This document shows positions 1 through 11,500 of a stretch of DNA of 64,000 nt, one piece after another. Position numbers and translations under genes: made by a program. The stretch lies in NCBI GenBank assembly GCA_030141605.1, contig JAQGDQ010000058.1, positions 529,852-593,851 on the forward strand. The letters run 5' to 3'. The notes below the pieces were generated by a model. That model made no database searches. It was not told the DNA's origin and was given only the letters and a program-made list of their open reading frames with translations. The stretch's first letter is position 1; each line of letters starts with the position of its first letter. Source of the DNA: Tubiluchus corallicola. Its lineage: Eukaryota; Animalia; Priapulida.

Positions 1-1494
1 GCCGTTTCTCTAGAAATCAACATCAAGTTTGATGTGGGAGATGATAGCTTTGGTAGAATCGATTGTTTCAGTAACACGAACCATATGATCTACACGAACT
101 TTCACTATTTCATAAACGTGAAAAGTGTGCCATCGCAAACCAGTTCCCCAAACGCAGGTTACAAACCCTACAATGTGTTGTTACTCGGTATTGATTCAGT
201 GTCCAGATTGAACTTCATTCGGCAAATGCCGAAAACATTTAGTTTCCTTACTAAGGAATTAGAAGCCATTCAACTTCTAGGTTACAATAAGGTAGCTGAT
301 AATACCTTTCCCAATATTCTCGCCTTACTAACGGGGCAAACCAAGGAACAGATCGCGACTTTTAAACAAATGAGGAGCCATGCCTTTGACTGGTTTCCAT
401 TCATATGGAAAGATTACAAAGACAACGGTTACTCTACCTTGTACGCAGAGGACGACTGCAAGATTTCGTCATTTAATTATTTTAAGAAAGGATTTTTTGC
501 GCCTCCAACCGATCATTACCTAAGACCTTTCGTCTGCGCAATGGAATTATATCTTGCCGACAGAGAAAAGTTGGGCCACATTCCATGCATTGGTTCAAAG
601 TCCGAAAGTAAAATAATTTTAGATTACTTGATGGCGTATTTAACAACAAATCCTACCACGCCAAAATTTGCCTTTACTTTCCTATCGCGAGACACGCACA
701 ATCGATTTAATATGGCCGTTGACGATATCCATTTTGATTTTTTTCGTCAATTGGTAAAAACCGGAATAGCAAATAATATGTTTATTGTGTTATTCTCTGA
801 CCACGGCCTACGAATAGGGAACGTACAAAATATCGACATTGCGAAAGTGGAGGAACGCATGCCAATGGCTTATGTTGTTCCGTCACCATCGTTTAAAGAG
901 CGTTTTAAAATACTTTTTAATGACTTATTAGTAAACGCAATTCGATTAACAACTCCTTTTGACATTCATAAAATGCTAGAGGATATTCTTAGCTTACCCG
1001 CTGAGTCTAGCAATAATAAAAGAAAAAATGGTTTAAGCTTATTCAAAGCAGTGCCTAAAAACCGAACTTGTCTAGTGGCTGGTATTCCACGACATTGGTG
1101 CGCCTGCCAGCTGGCGACATCTGTTGTCAGTCCGCGCAACGAAAGCGTGATAAAAGCTGCTAAAGCTTTCGTCAGAATAATCAATACTTACCTGTCAAAT
1201 CATCGAAATACATGTGCAGAATATGTCATAAAAAATATTACTAAGGCTAGAGTAAGTCAAGACGTTGTAGATAGTACATATGTGAATAACTATCTTATAA
1301 CCGTGATTGTTTCCCCATCAAAACACAAAGAAAGGAACGTCTACGCAGTTTTTGAAGGAACTGTTATTTATAACTTATCTAAGAAAAAATTTTCTGTTGC
1401 TCCAGGAATCAGTAGGTTAAACCTATACGGAAGACAATCTTCTTGCACTTCGCATCCTAAACTAAGGAAGCTTTGTTATTGTCATCGCAAATAA
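1..1494 (+). CDS. DUF229-family protein (alkaline phosphatase/sulfatase superfamily), 5'-incomplete
   Basis: Frame is open from nt 1 to TAA at 1492-1494. Motifs NVLLLGIDSVSRLNFIRQMPKT, GYNKVADNTFPN, FSDHGLR, EERMP, RLTTPFDIH, RTCLVAGIPRHWCAC and terminal LRKLCYC are typical of DUF229. No intron in the visible 1.5 kb. Confidence 0.85.
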   Translation, partial: AVSLEINIKFDVGDDSFGRIDCFSNTNHMIYTNFHYFINVKSVPSQTSSPNAGYKPYNVLLLGIDSVSRLNFIRQMPKTFSFLTKELEAIQLLGYNKVADNTFPNILALLTGQTKEQIATFKQMRSHAFDWFPFIWKDYKDNGYSTLYAEDDCKISSFNYFKKGFFAPPTDHYLRPFVCAMELYLADREKLGHIPCIGSKSESKIILDYLMAYLTTNPTTPKFAFTFLSRDTHNRFNMAVDDIHFDFFRQLVKTGIANNMFIVLFSDHGLRIGNVQNIDIAKVEERMPMAYVVPSPSFKERFKILFNDLLVNAIRLTTPFDIHKMLEDILSLPAESSNNKRKNGLSLFKAVPKNRTCLVAGIPRHWCACQLATSVVSPRNESVIKAAKAFVRIINTYLSNHRNTCAEYVIKNITKARVSQDVVDSTYVNNYLITVIVSPSKHKERNVYAVFEGTVIYNLSKKKFSVAPGISRLNLYGRQSSCTSHPKLRKLCYCHRK

Positions 1495-4400
1495 AAAGCA
1501 ATTTCAGAGCAAAAGTAATAATAAAAAAGTTATAAAACCACAGCCACAATATTGCTTCTAATAATAATAATAATATTAGTATATAATATTATTTATATAA
1601 CAATATATTAATTATATAAAACATAAACTACAGAAACAATGCAGTTATTACAAAGTGGCACATTAATAATCTATATGAGGCTGTGTTAGCTATACGTGAA
1701 GAACACGAAGCGATATTGCTGAAATGTTACATCTATTGAAGAAATCATGACTGAATAACATTTTAAATGCTAGCCATTTTTGAAATCTGAATTGTTTAAA
1801 CTCGTTAGCGCTAACCACAGGTTGGCTTACTAATCTCTCATTACGTTTATGGTAGACCAGAATGCCTTCAAAGCTTGAAAAAAACATATTTGAATATCTT
1901 ATTAATTTTATTTGGGTGACTGATGACAGAACTACATTTGGACTCAGTCAAAATACTTCAATAACCGAAACTTAGTTCCAAGCGAAAGGCAGACTTCTGG
2001 CCTGATTATTGTTACACACAACTGCTACTAAATCGTCACCTAAGCAGAGTCAAACCTCTTTTTATCATAGATGAATATTTTCGCTGGCATCTTGCATATT
2101 TAGAAGCATGCCTGTCAGTGGGTACATAATACAGTGCAGCGTTTGGGTACAAACGTTTTTGATACTCAGAAACTAGACTAACGTACAACCATACAATAAA
2201 CATGTAGTCCTATTCAAAAAAAAAATTTCTGTGCAATCACATCTCATAACATCAGATTTTACTGTATAATGCACTGTTTTTTAAACGTTACACGGCATGT
2301 GCAGTATCTTAAATAACGCGCAGCATTTAAATGAGTTGTTTCTCAACAAACTGTTTCATGTGAATATTGAAAACATGCCCGTCTAATAACATTTTTACGC
2401 AGTCTGGCACTCTACAAACTTTTATGGACAACTCTAGTGGTAGGGTTCAGGTCTGGCTGAATATCGTAAATAGTCCATCAACATGAGCAGATGAGCAGCA
2501 AAATTTGCTTAATCAGAAACAATATTCCTAGTTGTCATGCACCCATTTATTTAACAGGCTCTGTTTGCATGCAGAATAAGCACACACATTGACACATTAA
2601 TAAACATGAACGTAGTTGAAATCGAATGTTCGGCAACATTTCATATTTACCATTCATTATGTATGTACTAAAATGTATATTAGCAGGGCTGGTGAAATTG
2701 CGAATTTAAACATGAACTGTTTAGTCAGTTATAGTAAATTTACAAAGATTTTTTGGTATGTAACAAATGAACAAGCTGCAGTAACAATACGCTTACGTTA
2801 TTTATTTACGTTTTAGTACAGATTTAAATTGGTTGCATAAAACTTCAAGAAATTTCAGACCACAAGCTTTTAGCTAATAAGTTTTAATAAGATGTCAAAA
2901 TGAGTTCGCTGATTTACATTCATTGCAGTATGTTCTCGGATTTACATTCACATTTACATTGTGATGCAAGTACATTGTGATGACTTACAATGTACTATAT
3001 GTATTGGAGTCAATTAACACGGTAGGTAATTGTAGGTAGTAGCCTATTTTTAACAAGGTTAAAGTAACTTTTCATCTTGAAATTCTTTGCAATAGTAGTT
3101 AACCCTAAACTAGAAAAAGTAGTAAAAGTAAGAGCATATCATTCAGAGATTCCAGAGATGTGAAGTAGAAAAATTTCGTCTGGCACGCTCAGCCTTCTGG
3201 CATTAACCTTGTGAACTTTGTGATATCAAGTTATGCGTTAGGTTTGTTTATCAGAAATTCAAAAGAGTTAAGCTTTTTAGTAGAGAAACAATCGTAATGT
3301 TCCGTAACACTTTCGCTAGAAAAAAGATTTGAAAGCTGTTTTAGATTGGTTGAGCTTGGGCTACCCTCTCAGCAATTTTCTAAGATGTTCGATGGCCAAT
3401 GGGAGCCAAATTTCAAAAATTCACGAATCCTAATGACCTAATGAAATACATATAAAATTACTCGTATTGCCACACTGAATTAAAAATATTATATAGTGTG
3501 ACCCTGTTAAATTGTCCGACATTACCTGCATGTGCCCGAGATCGCCCCATTTTTTGAAATGACCTAGGCAAGTGTTTAATTATCCCAGTATGTTACATTT
3601 CATGCAGCCACCCGGTTTTCCGTTTTTTCAAATTCCTTAACAATACAGTTTTAGTTTATCAGACATTATTCCAAGAAAATTTAAAAAATATAGATAGAAA
3701 CCTGAAAAAACCAATTTTGTCCGATATTAGCCCACTTTACCCATATATATATATATATATGGGTAATATAATAATATAATATAATATATATAATAATGTA
3801 TCACTATATATCACATATATATATATATATATATACATAATATAATATATATCACCAAAATGAAAATTTGTTTGTTTTTGTCATTTTATTTAGTAGCGAT
3901 AAATATATAGTAGGGGTAATTGAAAAATACATCACAGATTATAAGTAGCTAGAGCTGTATCGGGATCTAGCTTTCCATACTTAATTATGATTCTCTATAA
4001 TGATGGCGACTGTGTTTTTCGAGATGTAGTCTAATTTTAAGTGAAAATTACAGTCTCTATAAATGTATAGAAAATACATTTTGCAGCAATCTCCCTGGAT
4101 TTGAACCGGGAACGCATTTCTTACAAGGTGAGTGTGATGAATGCTAGCTTACCGTGACTAAATGATTATGCTGTGATCTTTATAGCGCAGCAGTGAAGTC
4201 AGCATTTACAAAATTAGTTTACTAATGCTAACTAATTATTAGCTAATGATTAATTAATTTTAGACTTAACTGCAACAAATTAATCTAATCATTTAGTAAT
4301 TACTCTATTACGAGTAAATTACACTAGGAAATGCTGAATTGATTTCCTAGCTGTTAAGGATTGGGGATTTGTAGTAAAGCCTGCTCAACTTGTGTAAGGT

Positions 4401-5551
4401 AATCTATGTTAGTAGTCATTATGTTGCTTTGTAACCAATAAGTCCTTGATTAAAATCCAGGCTGTTTCCCAACTCACATTTCTCATTTCTTATTTTTCGA
4501 GCAGTATGGTTTATTGAAACAAACCTCAAAACCAACTTGTGGTTGCAATTGTAGTACTTTCCCTTGTAAGCTTTTGGCGGTATACTGACCTAGATGAAAA
4601 ACAAACCAAATTTAACCATTTAAATCATTTGATGTATAGAACTTGAATGTTTTTAGGTTTGAAATAAAACCTGGATTCAGATTTTTAATATAAGGCAAAC
4701 AAATTAAGCAAACGGAACAGTGTCATGAAGTCTGTACTTTAGCTGCTAACCAAGTTGACAATGTTTTACACAAGCCAGAAACCGAAGCCCACTTCCCAAT
4801 GAACAGTGAATCACTAATTAGTTTTTAAGTAATGCATTAGCATTAACGAATTAGTTTCTCTCAAGAAACATTGTTTATTTTAAGAATGTATTGTTTTCTC
4901 TAACAGTTCCAATCGTATGTAAAGTTTGCAGAATATTAGTGAACTATTAGTAGGCCTATAACGTTGTTATTTTAACTTAAGAGCAATTATTAAATTGAAA
5001 TTAAAGAAGATTAAATTTAACATCCTTAAACTTTACCACCTATCCACATTTGAGATACCAATGTCACATTTGACTTGACATATGTCTACATTTGACTAAC
5101 CAAAAACGCTTAAGATTTCTTGAAAACCATTGTTAACACATTTGAACTACCTTAGTCTACATTTGAGTTACCAAGACACATTTGAATTACCTAAATCTAC
5201 ATTCAAGTTAACGCAGGTCTACATTTGACATGTAAAACCTATTGAAGGCCGGCATTTGTCAATCGACAAAATCATAGCTTTCATTCCTATACAAAAGTAA
5301 AACAAGTAGTTATCTGTCAATCTTTGTTGAAATTCAATGATTCATCAGATGCTTATTTGAATTCAATTGAAGCAGTTTATATAGTACAAGTATAATGACT
5401 TATTTAATGGCAATTATCGCAATGCTTCGAGAATTTGCTTTGAGTCAAGCTATCTGGTGCCCTGACAGAGCTGATAATACCCAAACACAGTACACTGATC
5501 TTATTTCGAAGAAAAATTTTTCGTTATAATCTTCTCTTATAGCCTGTTGCC

Positions 5552-8500
5552 TTATTTCGTACAAACAACGCAAGTGATTTCCAAGCCCCACGCATAGTTA
5601 GGACAGGGCATTGAACCACAACCCCCTTCCACGGCGCACCAGCTTCCGCCATTTTTGTCTGTGATGTGTGCTTCTCCTTTTGGCTTCTCGTCAAGGCAGA
5701 CGTACGACGAACGGCCCTTTTGTATTGGAAGGGTAGACACCAAGTAACTGCAAAAGAACCGTAAGTCAACTGAAGGACTTGTCTACTGTAACAGGTTACA
5801 TAGATAACTGGCTGGAATGCAGTTATAAACTTGCAAAAAGTTTCAGGTGGTAACTTCAAAATACATGTATTTAATAGCGCAGAATAACTCAGAATATGAC
5901 AGCATTCATCACTACGCCTATTAACATAATTCAGCAAACAGCAAACGAGAATCCAGCGTCAGGAATTACTAATCTATTAATAATATTGGACGCTTGAGGC
6001 GAGACCGGTACCTAGCTAACGATAAAGAACAATTATCCATATTAATACTTTGAAATGCAAAGTGATTTGTCTAGATAAGTACATAAATTTTCCCACAACG
6101 AGAAAACTGGCCAGACGACGTACTGCAAACGAAACTGCACAAAAACCGTTTTCCTTGTAAATGAATTTTGTACTTTTTTCCCGTTCATATGTGAAAACGC
6201 AATACTGATAAGTCTACTAACAGAATTAAGAACCAACATGTATTATAAGCATACCCTTTATATTCTACTGTCCAGTTATTAGGACAATGTCGCCATCCGG
6301 GCACCATCATTTGACTACTTCTGTTTTTTGTCTGAAATTATGAACACTGAATTATGCCAGAGATCAAAAGCGATGTTTCAAAATCAGTGCAAGTGTGTTT
6401 GCGTTTTTGTTTTAACAAAAGAAGGATAAGCAAACCATAAGAGTGCAAAGTACACCGCTACTTATAGAAGGCGCGTAGGCGTTACTGATATATCAACAAC
6501 GAGAATAGTGTTTTAGCAAGGGCTGACTTGCGCACAGACACCTTTATCTGCAATGTTAAATCTGTATGGTTGCAAGCTGTGTTCCACAACTGTTAAAACA
6601 CAGTTTGGTTGCACTAGGCAATTTGACTGAAGCAAATTTATGTAGGTAATCACAGCAAACATTTACTAGATGACCCGCGACAAAATGGCTGGTTTAATGG
6701 TTTGATTTTATCTCATACAAATTGATTGTTGTGCTGACTCGGTAGCAGGTACACAGCACGGTCAGTTTGGAACTCAGACAAGCTCTGAAGCTTTCAGTTA
6801 TCTACTTGGCTAAACCAAATAGAGGTTTTCATCTTAATGCTAATATCTTTCTCCACGTGTTCAAGTGTGAAGATGAAATGTCTAAGATCAATGCACAATA
6901 TTCATGAACAAAGATCAAGATAAAATGCTCGTCAAGTATTATACCGTGATTATTTAGTGAGGCAAATGAGCTCAGCGCTATTCTGAACTATCTTTATCTC
7001 ACACATATCATTCACTAAGACTACCTTTCAAATGAAACAAAATCAACATAGCCAGCTAGTGTATTTGCAAAAGAACACACTTACAAGACAGACTGCACAA
7101 ACACCGTTTTGATCTTTCATTTTAACACCTTTCGGAATGTTGTCTCGAAGAAATGGATTAAGAACCTTGACCTCAATTTCCACTCCATGTCTACAACAAC
7201 GATTGTTGGCTTCAAATTACTGACGTTAATTTCAGCAAATTCATTTCGATTTCAAAAATTATGATGATTATAACAATAGTGTTAGTGACAATATTTTACT
7301 TAAAGGATATCATAACTATAACTGCTATTGACAAACATGAACGTAGTACCAAGTATGATGGATTTGAAAATGATTTACATTCATTACAATGCAACGCGTT
7401 ACCTAAACGTGTTATTTTATTTTTCATTTTGTTAAGGACTGTTTGAGGGTTGTAACAATTGAGCAGGAACACAATTGAAATGCTGCAGTGCGAGTAGAAT
7501 AGCGAAACTCTCATTTTCGAAAGCGGCACAATTCTCCTAGCGTTGGTTAAATTTCTTAGTGAAATTAGTGATGGTCGATGTGTTGTCCTATGCTCCTGCG
7601 TAAGTACGACTCCAATTCCAAAGTCACTTGCATCTAATTAAAATCAGGATTCAAATTCATTAAACTGGGTTTGATTTCTAACAGACTATTAACAGTCGCT
7701 TGTCCCTGAGAATTTTGCATTCTTGCTCAATAGATTTGTCAGTGCTATAGCAAAGATTGAAAAGTTGTGACAGTACTTGTGGAAATAATCTGCATTAACT
7801 AAGTCTTGCTTGTCTTTGCAGACCAATGCGCGATGACCTTTTGTGACATCGGAATACACTTTTCACCAAATGTACAGTCAGATGAGTTTTATGCAAGCAT
7901 TCAAATAGCAGATCAATTTGTTTTACGTGCACCTACCGTGTAGGCACACCACTACATCGTCAATATGTCTTGCACAGTCTTCTAGATATTTTAATAATTC
8001 AGCATTTTTCACACCGAACGTATTACATTGTACTGAAAAGATCCATCTAGTGTCACAAATGTGGAACTTTCTTGATTCTATCAGTTTAAAATGCTTTAAC
8101 AAAAATAACTTGCTGATATTTTGCATGTCCAATTTCAGTGACTCAATCATCAATTTCTCTGGATCAGATGTGAATCCGTCTTAACTCCACATTAACTTTA
8201 CATGAGACTGTGAAAAAGTGATGTGATCCATCCGCTTATGGCATTCAGTATGCATGGTTCATATCACTCGGTTCTGTAATGACATTTTCCAACATATATT
8301 TCACCTCTTTTTGTAAATGGTCCGGTTTCAACAGATTCACTCTGTAGGTATACTGTTTTGTACTAGTTTGGCATTACCGGCCTAACATCAGCTTTCTGTC
8401 GACAGTACAGGTTTTTGGCAGTGGGTTCGTTAAGCATGTTAATATGACACAGCTGCGTTGTCTTGCATATGTCAGGCGTCTTTATAAGAGTACAAGTCCA

Positions 8501-11500
8501 CGGTCATTACAAATCCATTTTTCTTACAAGTTTCAATACAATGTGTTCAAATGCGAATTCAAAAGGGCTAAAACTCAGAAGTAAACAGTAACGCGTTCTT
8601 CCAAGTTTTTCTCTTTCTCTAAACAGCACACTCTTAAGTATGCTTTTGAGTGTCTCCTGAAAGGTTCTATAGCACCTTGAGACTCCGGACGATAAGCGCC
8701 AGACTTGTACTGTGTAATGCACAATTGATGCATCACTTGCTGAAAGAATTACATGTACTAAAGGGCTAGTATAGAACAGTATAGAAGGACAGCAATGGTT
8801 TACAGATCTTTCCAGCTAATCTTACAGTATTTTCAGACGCAGATCAAATTATAGAACGGGTTTTAGTGATATTTATTTTATACGTGCACGATTCCAGGAA
8901 TTTGAAACGCTCTTCCTGCCACTGTTAGATCAGCGTTTACGTAACAAGTTACTGGACTTAGCATATGAAGGTCATCCACTGAAATACAATCCCAAAGTTG
9001 ATGTGAACTTAGTTTCCCTGGAAACTTCCACCTCAAAGACTTCCTCGTCTGATACTTTATCTTCCTACCGTTCCTCGGTGCCACAGCAATGTTTTAAGTT
9101 CTCGCAAACATTCACTCGGGACACTCGCTGCAAGTCGCTACAGTATATAAACAAGCATGAAAAACATGGAGAATGGGTGAATTTTAAGTGATTCAGCGGC
9201 GATTCCGGAAAATGTATCATTGTGCTACAAACAAAACTATAAGAACTTGTCTAGTAGATCCTTACAAAGAAGACTTATACGGAAGGATATGTGCACTATA
9301 TCAAGATTTATTGCGAAGCTCAAACATAGTTACAATAACAACGCTAGTTATAATAAAAGTCACAAGTATAAAATAACAAATATGAAACCGTGTGTTAACT
9401 TTGCTTTACATGTTGTGTTATAGAGCAAAATTTTTATAACTCTTTTACTTACATAAAAAAAACAAATTATTTTAGTGTCTTGTATCTAATTCTAACATAA
9501 ACACGAAAACTGAATAAATTAAATAAAAATCAAGTAAGTTAGCCCAGCTGAACTATTCAACTATACTACTGCACGTTCAGACAGTCATACTCAACCAATG
9601 AAATTCTATTTTTGCTATACAGTATCTGGAATATCTTGTTGCAGTGCATTAAATTCTGATTTATGGCGATTCACAGCGGCTATTCTAATATTTTTATCAC
9701 CCCAACCACACAAAACAACCAAAAAAAAACACCCACCACCACCCACAACCCCAAACACAATTTAGCAGGACACATTCTACAAGTACCCGGCAGTAATAAA
9801 TAATAGTACAGTGTAATAATAAAACACTAGAAAACCTCCCTTTAAGCAGACAGCACGATGTTTATTCATTTTTAATGGGTTCAGCTGTTATGTGGCCTCC
9901 CGCATGCTCTGACCCAACGATGACACTTGTCTAAGTCTTGTTTTGGGTTGGAGAAACTTTATAAGTCACATGGCTGGTCATGTGAGTAAAACCCCAACAA
10001 TACAAGAACAGTCTCATTGGTCATTGCAGGTGGATCCCCATTCGTTGAGTGACGTTCTGCGATCTATGTATTGACTATTGATATACAGTTCTCGTCCATT
10101 GTCCGTAAATTTTAGTCAGGACGACGCGTGAAATTCAACGTATTGATCAGCTAGCGTAGCCTGAGTTAATTTTTTTAATCGTTTTTATGGCTAATCACAT
10201 AACGAAAGCTATATCGTTTTTAAAAGATTTCAAAAGCCATAAAAATTGCCCGAAATGGTAGGTTTGAGATCGGAGCATACAAACTTCAAATATAATAGAA
10301 ATGAAGTCGAAAATTACAGCAAAACATTACGGAGCAGAAAAATTAAACATGTAAACAATTTAACCAGTAATCCGCGTAAGATATTCCTATATTTTCAACA
10401 CCATTAGAGGTTCCGGTCAGCAAATGGACGACACATTTATAGTAAGTTAGAGCTACTACTAGGAGGGGATAAAAATCACTTAATTATAGGATAGGTTTAA
10501 TAGATTTCAGGTCTGTGTGAATGGCAGTCAAACACCAGCATTTAATTTTTCAATGTCCATTGAAATTGTTTAGAGATACGAGAGTGAACTTGAACGCGAC
10601 TTAGAAAATCATGATATTCGGACTATACGTAGAAAGAGAGATACTAGTGTAATTAAAATGTGTATAGATATTAAAGAAAGCGTATTGTTTAGTATACAAA
10701 TAATAACATTTGTATTATGTTATAGAATATAAACGTGTATAACATTATACGCAAATGTGGGATAATATTTAAATAGAATTAGTAATAATACTACAGACTT
10801 TCTAGCTTGTGTCGTAAACCATAGTACTGTAAAAATTAACTGTGAAGAATTTAATGTAAAAATTTATTTGATGTATGAAATGTAAACATTCATTTGAGAT
10901 TTCTGTACTTACGTGCCCTGCAAATAGATGTGGTGTCGCGGTTTTGCAATCTGAAATTATATTGCTGAAGAATATCTCTCACACTAATGAAATACAATAC
11001 AGGTCAATACTGATAGAGACAGATGCTTTACTTACTTTACGATTGCGTGTACAAACGATTCAAATTAGCAGACTAGACATTAACACTTACATATAGTTTT
11101 TAACCTGGTTTCCAGCCTTATTTCTAGGGCCAGTATCAGGATTTCTGGGAAGGCACAGGTAATCGCCTCCACCGCCGTGGTCATTCCAGTGTGCACATCC
11201 TGCCACACCTTTAATAACAAATTGACACAAGAGAAATTTCTACATCAACCCAGTTTGAAAACTACTTCTACCGTAATTTCAAAAAGTAAAAATAAAAACG
11301 ATAAAGAGAACAAGCAGTATTTTGTGCTTCAAATACTGCCCTGTTCACTGTTCTTCACTGTGCTAGCTTGCACTTACCTTCATACACAAGCTCTGCTCCA
11401 GTAGGACAGGCTCTCCGTCCCCATCTGATGTACGTTGCATCACCTTTGCCTCCTCGTGAATTTGGAACTGGAAAATATAACAGCAAACTGCATTGATATT

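Noticed and set aside
4090-4160. tRNA-like B box (GTTCAAATCC) on the minus strand
   Set aside because: No convincing cloverleaf; probably a decayed SINE head.
5524-5937. 137-aa minus-strand ORF
   Set aside because: Off-frame overlap of the real last collagen exon (frame ending at 5552).
10500-10730. Plus-strand stretch encoding RRKRDT after an AG
   Set aside because: In-frame stop, no donor or recognisable family; intronic to the collagen gene.
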